This document shows, in pieces, positions 31,376 through 43,356 of a DNA stretch of 64,000 nt. This DNA is from Eledone cirrhosa (Eukaryota). Where the stretch lies: contig OZ024743.1 of assembly GCA_964016885.1 (NCBI GenBank), positions 69,254,001-69,318,000 on the forward strand, read 5' to 3'. A program made the position numbers and the translations under genes. The notes below the pieces were generated by a model, which saw nothing but the letters and a program-made list of their open reading frames with translations, did not search any database and had not been told where the DNA came from. Position 1 is the first letter of the stretch, and every line of letters begins with the position of its first letter.

Positions 31376-31777
31376 GCAAAGTTGATTTGTTGTTATTGGT
31401 TGCAATATTGTTGAAACCACTAGTGATTCCTTGTTAATGTGTGTTGTGATTTGTGGTTGTTATCACTTCTCTCTTTGCTCTTTACGTTGTTATTGTTTAC
31501 AACTGAAAGTATTTCTATACACAAAGACCTACAGATGATTATAAAGTATGTATATATATGCACATGCATGATTAGATATGGACAGATGAACTTTCAAAGA
31601 ACGGACAGATATGGATACAACTATAAACGGACATACATCCATCGGCTTCAAATTTAAGCAGGCATGCAGTCATACAGGCATACATGTGAAGATGTATACA
31701 TAGAAGCGAATACACGTTGGCGAGAAATGTGCAATAGAATTATGGCAGAAAATTATAAATTAACAGGATAAAGTTTT

Positions 31778-31853
31778 GGAGCCGATTTGGAGCCGATTCA
31801 GAGCCGATTCGGAGCCGATTCAGAGTCGATTCGGAGCCGATTCGGAGCCCATT
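31778..31853. repeat. 11-bp tandem repeat (GGAGCCGATTC) x7
   Basis: Read directly. Confidence 0.9.
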
Positions 31854-32515
31854 CGTCAGATATCTATTTCACTTATCCATTTTGAAAATCTTGATTGCAG
31901 ATTCGCTGAGTGACCTCAGTTTTGAGCTCTGTGAAAACCTCATCCCATCAGGTTATTTTACATTGAAGAAAAGAGTCTTCTGAGTTATAAGCTACCAGCC
32001 ATAATTTCGAATGGAAGAATTATCACATCATATACGGTAAATAGTATTTCGTAGCTCTCTGAAATACAAAGTTCACAGCACTTGTGTCCTCCCTCAAATG
32101 AGCGCGCTTCTGGAGTATTTCCAGTTGAGCGTGAAATGGGTGGAGTTCCTCTTGAGGCCCCAAACATGGGAGGCGAGTGTTGTCAGATTGGATTTCTCTA
32201 AAGATTTAATCTGTTTCGCCCTGAATGAATCGTGTTTGTAACAAGTAATCGGTAGGCATTTCGTCAGCAGGAGATAAGACTAAATGTTACATAACACCCA
32301 TAACAATAAACTCACTAAAGCTTACACCTCGTGCGTTGAAAGTCATATGCGGTGCGAGTGGTTATGCTATAAATAATAGCCTATTTACACTCATTTTTAT
32401 AAGCTCAACAGATAAGGAGCCGAAATACAAATAAAATATAGAGTTAATAACTCATATAGATACTCTGCAATTAACAGGTCGAAGTATAAATACTGAGCAT
32501 TATAATATTAATATA

Positions 32516-32704
32516 GGGCGGTGGATTGGCAGTATTGGTAGAGGGTCGGACGCCATGCTTTGACGTACAGAGTTACGGCCCTTGCCATTCTCATTTCAAA
32601 TCCCGCGGAGGCTAATTTTGCCTTTCATCCTTACGGGGTCGATAAAATAAAGTACCAGTAATGCACTGGGTAATTGCTGGCCTTGTTTCTAACGTAGAAA
32701 CAAT
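32516..32704 (+). mobile_element. Full-length tRNA-derived SINE with 16-bp TSD
   Basis: GGCGGTGGATTGGCAGTATTGG head, core and tail. TSD ATTATAATATTAATAT is at 32499-32514 and 32703-32718, and the empty site is visible in the mirror copy at ~33350-33367. Confidence 0.92.
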
Positions 32705-33111
32705 TATAATATTAATATGTGTAGAAGTAAACACAGTAAACCCGTGTCTAAAATTACGAGGGTAGATTACACCACAAATGATATATATCATTCAACCTGA
32801 ATCATATGGGATTTTACTAGATTTGTTACAAGATGTCTCATACATACCATATCAATAACCATTTCATCTCCCGGACAGACTAAATAATGCTCAGTATTTA
32901 TACTTTGAGCTTGTTAATTGCAGGGTAGCTATATGAGTTATTAACTCTATATTTTATTTGTATTCGGCTCCTTATCTGTTGAGCTTATAAAAATGAGTGT
33001 AAATAGGCTATTATTTCTAGCATAACCACTCGCACCGCATAAGATTTTCAACGCACGAGGTGTAAGCTTTAGTGAGTTTATTGTTATGGGTGTTATGTAA
33101 CATTTAGTCTT

Positions 33112-33203
33112 ATCTCCTGCTGACGAAATGCCTATGGATTACTTGTTACAAACACGATTCATTCAGGGCGAAACAGATTAAATCTTTAGTCTGTCCGGGA
33201 GAT
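33112..33203 (+). ncRNA. Type I hammerhead with long stems (family C)
   Basis: AUCUCCUG CUGACGA aau GCCU-AUGGAUU..GAUUCAU-uca-GGGC GAAAC AGAUUAA aucu UUAGUCU GUC^CGGGAGAU. Stem I is 8 bp and stem III is ~9 bp. Confidence 0.85.
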
Positions 33204-33673
33204 GAAATGGTTATTGATATTGTATGTATGAGAAATATTGTAAGATATTTTGTAAAATCCCATATGATTCAGGTTGAATGATATATAACATTTGAGGTGT
33301 AATCTACCCTCGTAATTTTAGACACGGGTTTACTGTGTTTACTTCAACACATATTAATATTATAATGCTCAGTATTTATAATTTGAGCTTGTTAACTGCA
33401 GGGTATATATATGCGCAAACTAAGTACACAACACACACAAAAACAAGATGGCGTAGGACAGAATAAAGGAAAGGCACACAAACAAAGAAAAGAATCCCCA
33501 GTCACTGAAGAGGTCACAGAATGAACTTTGACAATATATAAACAATCATCAGGTTGTGGAACCAACCAACAGGATATTTGTAAATTCCTAAATTTATAAA
33601 TTTATTATAATAAATTGAAGTGAAGCAACTAGTGCGTGTGTTTCTTATTGGCAACATGACCCTCCCAAAGTAT

Positions 33674-33796
<123 letters not shown>

Positions 33797-34417
33797 ATTA
33801 AAAATGGAATAAGAACAAGTTTTCCTCTTCAGTTGTCTGCTGGAGGTCTCGGATATTTCAACGCTTTAAAGACAATATATCTATCCCCAGAGCGTTCAAT
33901 AACAGGATAAGTTATTGGGAAAACGGAGGAGGGAGTGAAGGAATATAGAAGGGAAAAAGGGTAAAATGGGAAGAAAATAGAAAACAGCGAAAAAATCAAC
34001 AAACCGTAGAATGTGCGAGAAAATTAAGGTAAGAGAATCCTAGACCACTGCGGTAACAGAACTTAATTTCGAGAGCGTGTGATCGAAACAAAAGACACGA
34101 CAGACCAAAGCGAGTGTAAGTGAGAAAAGGACTGCTAGAAGGGCAGGCGAGGGAAAAAATAAGGTAGCAGGCAGAGAGAGAGAGAGTGAAAGTGAGAGGG
34201 AGAAAAGGAGAGGAAGAAGGACGGGGAAGAGTAGATAGTAGCGAAATAGCTAGGTAGAGGGAGAGAGAAGACGGGTTACAACGAAACATGATAAAATATA
34301 TGGAGAATAGGATAGCTGTGTAGTTGCTAGTTAAGTTAGGCTTTAAAATGGAATGAGAATAAGAAGAAAACCAGAACGGGGAGGGGGTGTTCCTCATCAG
34401 TTGTCTACCTGGGGTCG

Positions 34418-34459
<42 letters not shown>

Positions 34460-34520
34460 AGACCTTCAGTAGACAACTGATATATATATATACTTGGTTG
34501 TATTGATCGGTACCGAACCA

Positions 34521-34570
34521 AGAGTCTGATGAGCTATGGATCAAACCTTTAGCGAAACGTGCGTCATACC
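34521..34570 (+). ncRNA. Hammerhead motif (weak stem I)
   Basis: CUGAUGA GCUA..UAGC GAAAC gugc GUC followed by AATAAAC. The layout matches 43070-43160. Confidence 0.62.
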
Positions 34571-34615
34571 TGAATAAACTTAATGATGATACCTTGACAG
34601 CACGTTCCTAATTAT

Positions 34616-34684
<69 letters not shown>

Positions 34685-34807
34685 GGAGGTGAGTTTTATT
34701 GTAGTACAATAAAGCAATGCAGATATCGGATAAGAAGCACTCTACAGTTTGTAGGACTGGAGTATACATAATATAAGATCAAAAGATGGTTAAAGGAGTT
34801 CCATGTA

Positions 34808-34874
34808 TTTTATTATGCGCATTTCAAAAACAAACATCATCATGCAATAATATTTGTGTTTTCATCAGATAAAA
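34808..34874 (-). ncRNA. Type I hammerhead (left palindrome arm)
   Basis: Reverse complement of 35003-35069. Confidence 0.75.
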
Positions 34875-35002
34875 CAGGAGAACATGATATGAAGGCTAAA
34901 AAACACTTGTGGATGGTGCAGTTTTAAATCAACATATGAAAATGTTGATTTAAAACTGCACTATCCACAAGTGTTTTTTAGCCTTCATATCATGTTCTCC
35001 TC

Positions 35003-35069
35003 TTTTATCTGATGAAAACACAAATATTATTGCATGATGATGTTTGTTTTTGAAATGCGCATAATAAAA
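35003..35069 (+). ncRNA. Type I hammerhead (AU-rich)
   Basis: UUUUAU CUGAUGA AAACACAAAUAUUAU ugcaug AUGAUGUUUGUUUUU GAAAU gcgc AUA^AUAAAA. Stem III is the palindrome AUGCGCAU. Confidence 0.75.
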
Positions 35070-35201
35070 TACATGGAACTCCTTTAACCATCTTTTGATC
35101 TTATATTATATAAATATATATATATATATGAGTATCTTAGTAATTATAAATTCGAAAAGCATATATTTTCACTAGCTCTGACAGTTGGCAGGTAAGCAGT
35201 A

Positions 35202-35250
35202 AACTGCACTGATGAAGCTTACTCACCCAGAAACATTGATGTCTGCAGTT
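35202..35250 (+). ncRNA. Hammerhead core with perfect stems I/III but no local stem II
   Basis: AACUGCA CUGAUGA agcuuacucaccca GAAAC AU ug AU GUC^UGCAGUU. Confidence 0.7.
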
Positions 35251-35367
35251 CTGTTTGCATGCCAACACAAAAGCGAGAATGAGGGGCTCATTCTACTGAT
35301 ATGGCTTATAACAGAGGCTGTTGGGATAATTAAAAACGAATCGAATATTATTATTAATATTCAAAAA

Positions 35368-35522
35368 GGTCGGTGGATTGACATAGAGTTACGTCCCTTT
35401 ATAATATGAGTTTAAATCCCGCCGAGGTTAACTTTGCCTTTCATCCTTACGGGGTCGATAAAATAAAGTACCAGTAATGCACTGGGGTAATTGTTGGCCA
35501 TGTGCCAAACGTAGAAACAATT
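35368..35522 (+). mobile_element. tRNA-derived SINE with internal deletion, flanked by an ATTATTAATATT(C/A)AAAAA duplication
   Basis: The head GGTCGGTGGATTG is joined directly to ACATAGAGTTACG, and core and tail are intact. The empty site corresponds to ~2668-2695. Confidence 0.85.
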
Positions 35523-35801
35523 ATTAATATTAAAAAAACTCAGATTACATTTATTATATATGGTAGGGTCGGAAAGTGGTCTAATACGGAGGTAGGAGCT
35601 AGATAACGAAGGAGGTGTGGTAAGTAAGCAGATGGACCATAACGCACCAGAGTACTCAATACTTAGGGTAGTAGACTGGGTAATAGGAAAACGTTTAACC
35701 CCGACGGCAGAGCTCAAGCTGTTTCAACGGTTATTTCTAGTCCAGAAACAGCAGTCGAAACGGCTTGAGCTCTGTTGTCGGGGTTAAACATGTTCCTATA
35801 T

Positions 35802-35883
<82 letters not shown>

Positions 35884-35889
35884 TAAAGA

Positions 35890-36385
35890 TAACAATGAAA
35901 ACATTCTAAAAACATCATGAATAAAAGACAGCCCGAAACATTAAAACATATGCTCACTAGTGCAAACATTTGCAATCTCACTGTCAAAAATGGTGGAAGA
36001 ACAAATTGTGGTACCCGTTTATACCTAATTGAAGGACCAGTATTCAACTTTAAACATGGACCAACCTGCAGAATAAAACAAAGTTTCACCTGCAATATGG
36101 AAACCTTCATCTCCGTGATTGCATGCTGTGGATGGCTGCAAAATGATATAGGACAAAGGGTTATTTCATTAGTCACAACGATGATCTGACACCGCCAACA
36201 AATCCGCGATGAAAATACTAAATAAATTCCCTTAATCAATTTCTTCAAAACATGTGCAAGATTAGACAAACCTAACTTCCAAATATTTCCACTCTAAAAT
36301 GCAAAGAACTTTTCACTCAACAACAGAGAAAAAATAAAGGAAAACAATTCATTAACAAAGCGAAACCACAATTAAATATCTAATT
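35890..36385 (+). pseudogene. PLE Cys-rich linker + GIY-YIG endonuclease relic
   Basis: KRQPETLKHMLTSA..GRTNCGT..FTCNMETFISVIACCGWLQNDIGQ..HRQQIRD, matching the C.S.N.IYVI.C..C...YIGQT..HR pattern. Confidence 0.8.
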
Positions 36386-36886
36386 GTTCCCCATTAGACA
36401 ATAAATAGTGATCTATAGAGGGAAATAAACAGTTTACAACACCTACATGCAAACACTTGATACCTCATACACATTACAGATGAAATGAAAATCCAGAACT
36501 CCAAGGAAACCTCTACTAAAGATCTTTCTTCTTTCTTTCTTCTTTCATTTCTCTCATTCTCTCCTCCTTTACCCCTGTTTTATATTTATATTTATTTTTC
36601 TTATTTATTCATTTATATATTTATTTGTCATTATTATTATTTGTTCTACTCTGCAACACATCCTCTTGACTCTTTTCAATTATCTTCACACCATCACATT
36701 TATTTATTTTTAATCCAGGCTTTTATATGCAAACCTTAAGAAGAATGTTGTTCTCTTGATAGGAGTAGACATACACAAACACACACACACACACACAAAC
36801 ACTCACATACACACACACATACACACACACTCACAAACACACACCGATATACATATATTTATATATAAATATAAATGTATATATGA

Positions 36887-37527
<641 letters not shown>

Positions 37528-38710
37528 CGTTTGTATATAGACACATGAATGAACTTTCAGTTTATTATTTCTCCTACCAATAAAACACCAACTTACTATA
37601 TTATATTCCATTACTGATCTTACACGAACGTGTGTACTAGTGTACTAGTGAATAGTACAGGAACTATCTTGGCCATGTATCGTACGTATGCTTACAAATT
37701 ATAAATCCAATATAGGTTATGATTATATCTACTAACAACAATGACTATGCCATGATTGTGTATATTATGTTAGACCATTTTTATGTATTCTTCTTTTGTC
37801 CATCTGCGGTTCCGTCAGTCTAATGTATGTGTCCCAACATTGACAAAATAATTTACAATCACTATTAGATTGTAAACATAATGACCCTTCACCGTCTGCT
37901 AAATTTTCCTCTGATTGGAGAATGTTAGTTTACATTTGTGTTGCTGTGATTAGAAGACAGGTATTACCACAGAGCATAGTTGCCTAGTTATTCTGTCAGG
38001 GACGTCAGAATTTCTCAGGTAACATTTAAAGTGATTTTTTCCCTCTTCGAACCTTTGCAAGCCTAGTTTATATAAATCAAAGGTTTGCGTTTTTCACGTT
38101 TTGTTTTGTATTTCTATTCAATAACAAGAACACTTCCCTTGTACAGCCCGAACATAGATCTTATTTAGCTAATTTGAAGTGATTAGTTGGTGATATTTTT
38201 TCCATTAATATTACTTGAAAAACGAAGCATATCTCTATCTATTTCTCCACATTTCTCTCCCATCCAATAGTCGACCGCCATTAACTATCACTCCGATATA
38301 CAAACATGGTCACATAACTCAAACTGGTTAATAATATCATGCATCACTCCTCTGTACCCAGTAATACTTAATCTTAGATGCAATGTCTGTCTTATAACTC
38401 GAAACCAACAATCAGACGTGTTTCTGACATGTGTTGGGAGCACCTTTCTTTCGTTTATTCTCTAATTTGTCTAAACCCTACTTTGCTTAGCTGAGCCCTA
38501 ACTATGGCCGAAACACAAAGAGCTGAAGATGGAAAAGTAACCACTTCTATATATTTGCAGAAATGTATTCACATATTGTCAAAGAATATCTGGATAACGT
38601 CTTTAAAGGCGTGTATACAGAAGCAGAAAACAAAGTTATCATTTCAAATAACTATGATAATGGTGGTGATATATTTCTATATACATGCAACACGTCGAAG
38701 CTTCGTATAA

Positions 38711-38818
38711 TAATTGTTTCTATTGTAGGCACAAGGCCAGCAATTACTCAGTACATTACTGGTACTTTATTTTATCGACCCCATAAGGATGAAAGGCAAA
38801 GTTAACCTCGGCGGGATT
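38711..38818 (-). mobile_element. tRNA-derived SINE, 5'-truncated
   Basis: Conserved core and tail. Confidence 0.87.
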
Positions 38819-40627
38819 ATAATAATAACTGTAAGTTTTAAGTCTTCACTTAATAATACACTCTCACATTAAAAATATATATAGTGAAATATAGCAGACT
38901 TGATTAAACTTATTAAAAGTTAGGTAATCGGCACCACTCCAATTGTTTTCTATATAATTTGAACAATTACATAACACCTTTTAAACAATCTCCTAACATA
39001 CAAATACTTGTTGATAATCCAAGGTACAGCATCATTAACAGAAAAGGGGAAGCTACCATTGCAACATACAACGAATTAAAGCAAGAACGATATTAAGACA
39101 GCCACCTACTCTATGAGGTCACCTATATTATGCTGACTTTTACTGGATCGAAATCGAATTGCCACGAGGAACAATAGTGGTGTTAAGGTCATTTAAATCA
39201 TTGGAATATTTATATTGGACAAATTCCAGTAGCATATATCTGAACACAGATATATTTAGAAAGAAATTATGATAACATTCAAGGAGATTAATTTAAACAT
39301 ACATAACAAACTATTATCATTATTAATTGAAATAATAACTCTAAATTAGAATACGAATTTGTTCATAAAACCTATCATATAAATTAAATATACATAATAC
39401 AAATATATATGAATTATTGTTCTTACGTGAATATTTAATTTGCTAACAATCACATATATTTTAACCTAATGTAATGATTTAATATGTGTAAACAAACGAA
39501 AGAAAGGTGAGGGTGAATGATAATTCATGGCATTCTCCAATGAAAGCCATCAGGCAATATCAATATTGAATTAACGGAGATTTCTTATCGTATCATTTGG
39601 TATATTAAATCAATAAATACTGGAAATCATTATTCAAAATAACAATATAAATTGAAGATGGGAGAGTTTGTTTCCAGATCTCCAATATTTTAGTTTGAAG
39701 GGGAAACACTTAAGTAAATATTGTTTATAAGGCTTAACTAGCTAAGAGTTTTCTCACATTAAACTCATATATATAAATACGTAAACAATGTTAGAAAATG
39801 GAATGAAACTTTTATGTACACGCAATAGATATTGCCTAAAGAATCGTCGAAATGAAGGCAGATTTTAGAGACAGTGCTCTTTAGTAACGTATCAACTAGT
39901 ATCGCGAGGAAATATGATACTTGCAACCAATGATTTCAAATGTAGGTTCACTATTCACGTGAAGATTTTCAAGGCTTGGAAGAGATAAAAAAAAAAAAAA
40001 TAAATAAAAAAAACCTGTCTATATAACCTAGAATACATGTGGAGTGAGCAAATGTCGATTTTTTCTTCACGAGGAACTGAATAGAGTACTGAGGAAATGT
40101 GAACTTTCATAATGCTTTCGCAAACGAGGAAAATGGCATTTTACTGTGCTAGACTTGCCCCCTACTCAGCAGACACTGAAACGCTCAGGTGTCGAATAAT
40201 CGCTGGTTGTAACACATGAAACCACTTGGCTAGAAAGAACGAACATAATCCAATGCCAACCAACATTAATTAGAAGCCGTAGCAATTTCAATACACATAG
40301 TTATCTTATGGTAGAGGAAAAATACGGCGTGATATTTGCATATATGAAACGTAGGGTAATCTAGATCTGTGTCAAAATATGAATGTATATATATGTATAT
40401 CTGTGTGGCTATATATATATATATATATATATGTTTGTGTGTGAGTGTGTATCTATGTGTGTATGTGTGTTTGTGTGTATTTATATACATGTATATATAT
40501 ATATATATATATGTATGTATATATATATGTGTGTGTCGGAGTGGGTGGGTGTTATTTTGTTTAAGAAACATATTGATAATAATTTAACAGAGGAGGGAGA
40601 GAGAGAAAGAAAGAAGGAGAGAGAGAG

Positions 40628-40694
<67 letters not shown>

Positions 40695-40774
40695 CGATAG
40701 GAACATTTGATACAGTACTATCTATCGAGAAAATGAGTCATATTGATATCGATAGCTGATGTGATGCAGAGAAT

Positions 40775-41440
40775 AGTAGTTGTAGCAGTATCGGTAGTAG
40801 TAGCAGTATTAGTAGTAGTAGCAGTATTGGTAGTAGTAGTTCTATTGGTAGTATTAGCAGTATTGGTAGTAGTAGCAGTATTGGTAGTAGTAGTTCTATT
40901 TGTAGTAGTAGTTATATTGGTAGTAGTAGCAGTATTGGTAGTAGTAGTTCTATTGGTAGTAGTAGTTCTATTGGTAGTAGTAGCAGTATTGGTAGTAGTA
41001 GTTCTATTGGTAGTAGTAGCAGTATTGGTAGTAGTAGCAGTATTGGTAGTAGTAGCAGTATTGGTAGTAGTAGTTCTATTGGTAGTAGTAGCAGTATTGG
41101 TAGTAGTAGCAGTATTGGTAGGTGTAGGTATATTGGTAGTAGTAGTTCTATTGGTAGTAGTAGTTCTATTGGTAGTAGTAGTAGCAGTATTGGTAGTAGC
41201 AACAGTATTGGTAGTAGTAGGTATATTGGTAGTAGTAGGTATATTGGTAGTAGTAGTTCTATTGGTAGTAGTAGCAGTATTGTTAGTAGTAGCAGTATTG
41301 GTAGTAGTAGGTATATTGGTAGTAGTAGGTATATTGGTAGTAGTAGTTCTATTGGTAGTAGTAGTTCTATTGGTAGTAGTAGCAGTATTGTTAGTAGCAA
41401 CAGTATTGGTAGTAGTAGGTATATTGGTAGTAGTAGCTAT
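40775..41440. repeat. 18-bp minisatellite (AGCAGTATTGGTAGTAGT / AGTTCTATTGGTAGTAGT / AGGTATATTGGTAGTAGT)
   Basis: Read directly; three variant units are interspersed. Confidence 0.9.
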
Positions 41441-41517
41441 AGCAATAGTTGTAGTAATAAAGGTGACTGTTGAAGCATTGGTACTAGTAGCTGAATTGGT
41501 AGTAGTGGTTCTATTTT

Positions 41518-41558
<41 letters not shown>

Positions 41559-41623
41559 ATATTGGTGGTGTTTAGTGCTGTAGTAGTAGCAGAAAACATG
41601 TATGGAATGAGATAAGGATATAT

Positions 41624-41666
<43 letters not shown>

Positions 41667-41680
41667 AGAGATAGAATGAA

Positions 41681-41800
<120 letters not shown>

Positions 41801-41909
41801 CACACATATATCTGCATACACGTGTGTTGTGTCTGTTTATGAAATTTCGAATACTGCGATTAAATTGGAAGAATGAGATCGTTTAACAAATTACACCCGT
41901 TGTAAGTTA

Positions 41910-42790
41910 GTATTGGTGGTGGTGTCGGTGAGGATGATGGTGGTGGTGGTGGTGTGATAGTGGTGGTGGTGTGATGGTGGTGTGTGGTGGTGATGGTGGT
42001 GGTGGTGGTAGTGATGGTAGGGGGGGTTGGGGGGGTGGGGTGATAGTGGTGGTGGTGATGATGGTGGTGGTGCTGATGATGGCGGTGGTGGTGATGATGG
42101 TGGTGGTGGTGGTGTGATGGTGGTGGTGGTGTGATGGTGGTGTGTGGTGGTGATGGTGGTGATGGTGGTGGTGGTGGTAGTGATGGTGGGGGGAGATGAT
42201 TGTTTGGGTGGGGTGATGATGGTGGTGGTGATGATGGTGGTGGTGGTGGTGTGATGGTGGTGGTGGTGTGATGGTGCTGGTGGCGTGATGGTTGTGTGTG
42301 GTGGTGATGGTGGTGGTGGTGGTAGTGATGGTGGTGGTTTTGTGTGGGGGGGTCGGTGATGATGGTGGCGGTGGTGATGGTGGTGGTGGTCGTGGTGATG
42401 GTGGTGGTGGTGATGATGGTGGTGGTGGTGATGATGGTGGTGGTGGTGATGATGGCGGTGGTGGTGATGATGGTGGTGGTGGCGTGATGGTGGTGGTGGT
42501 GTGATGGTGCTGGTGGCGTGATGGTGATGTGCGGTGGTGATGGTGGTGGTGGTGGTAGTGATGGTGGGGGTGGTGTCGGTGAGATGGTGGTGGTGGTAAT
42601 GGTGGTGGTGGTGGTGATGGTGGTGGTTGTGTTGGTGGTGGTGATGGTAGTGGTGGTGGTGATGGTGGTGGTGGTGTCGCTGATGATGGTGGTGGTGGTA
42701 GTGGTGGTGGTATAGTGGTATGGTGTTGGTGAAGGTGGTGGTCGTGGTGGTGGTGGTGATGGTGGTGATGGTGGTGGTGGTGGTATTGTG
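41910..42790. repeat. (GGT/GAT) low-complexity field
   Basis: Read directly. Confidence 0.88.
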
Positions 42791-43069
42791 ATAGTATTGG
42801 AGTTTTATATTATTTTATATTATAGTGATGGGGTGTGTAGTTATGTAGTATGAAGGGGATATTTAAGTATAATATGAGTATAGAAGATGTAATGGGGGAT
42901 GGAATAGTGACGTCACTGGAAAATGGTGCGTAATGAGCAGATATGGATGACGGATTAAAGAGTTATCTTCCCACACACGTGCTTCCGGTTTCGGTTTCGT
43001 TTTCGGTATACATAATCACACACGCATATATGTATATCCATAATAATCATGTTTTCATTACCATTATAA

Positions 43070-43160
43070 GGGGTCTGACGAGCCGTGGATTACAGAGTCG
43101 GGCTAAATCGATACAGACCGAACCTTCAGCTGATCAGTAGCGAAACGCGCGTCACCAACC
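43070..43160 (+). ncRNA. Type I hammerhead with extended stem II
   Basis: GGU CUGACGA GC..(~56 nt)..GC GAAAC gcgc GUC^ACC, then AATAAA. Stem III is the palindrome ACGCGCGU. Confidence 0.72.
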
Positions 43161-43276
43161 AATAAACGTAATGAAGGAGTACCCACTCGTCCTTGTTTTA
43201 TTATACTATATATCTATATGTATGGTGCCAGTTTGTAATTTGAACTCGGGAATTTTATATTCTCCGAGAGAGAAAA

Positions 43277-43356
43277 GCCTTCTGACGATGATCTCTTTCA
43301 CAATGGAAATCCGCTTGGATTATCTATTTGTTTGGGATCTGAAACCGCGGTAGGGC
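43277..43356 (+). ncRNA. Type I hammerhead (family D, copy at 43222-43520)
   Basis: GCCUU CUGACGA uGAUCUC..AAUGGA-AAUCC gcuu GGAUU-aUCUAUU..GGGAUCu GAAAC cgcg GUA^GGGC. Homologous to 59542-59628(-). Confidence 0.75.

Larger units (their letters stand above)
32198..33405. mobile_element. HHR-bearing family C: one inverted ~478-bp monomer (with SINE insertion) plus more than one direct, circularly permuted unit
   Basis: ATAATGCTCAGTATTTA at 32884 and 33362 gives a period of 478. 32198-32884 minus the SINE is the reverse complement of the same circular unit in another phase. Confidence 0.88.
34768..35109. repeat. 168-bp-arm near-perfect palindrome, each arm with a hammerhead
   Basis: 34768-34935 mirrors 34942-35109, with spacer ATGAAA. 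Confidence 0.93.

Noticed and set aside
32516-32610. tRNA gene
   Set aside because: The A/B boxes belong to the SINE head; there is no cloverleaf and the boxes are followed by the SINE core and tail.
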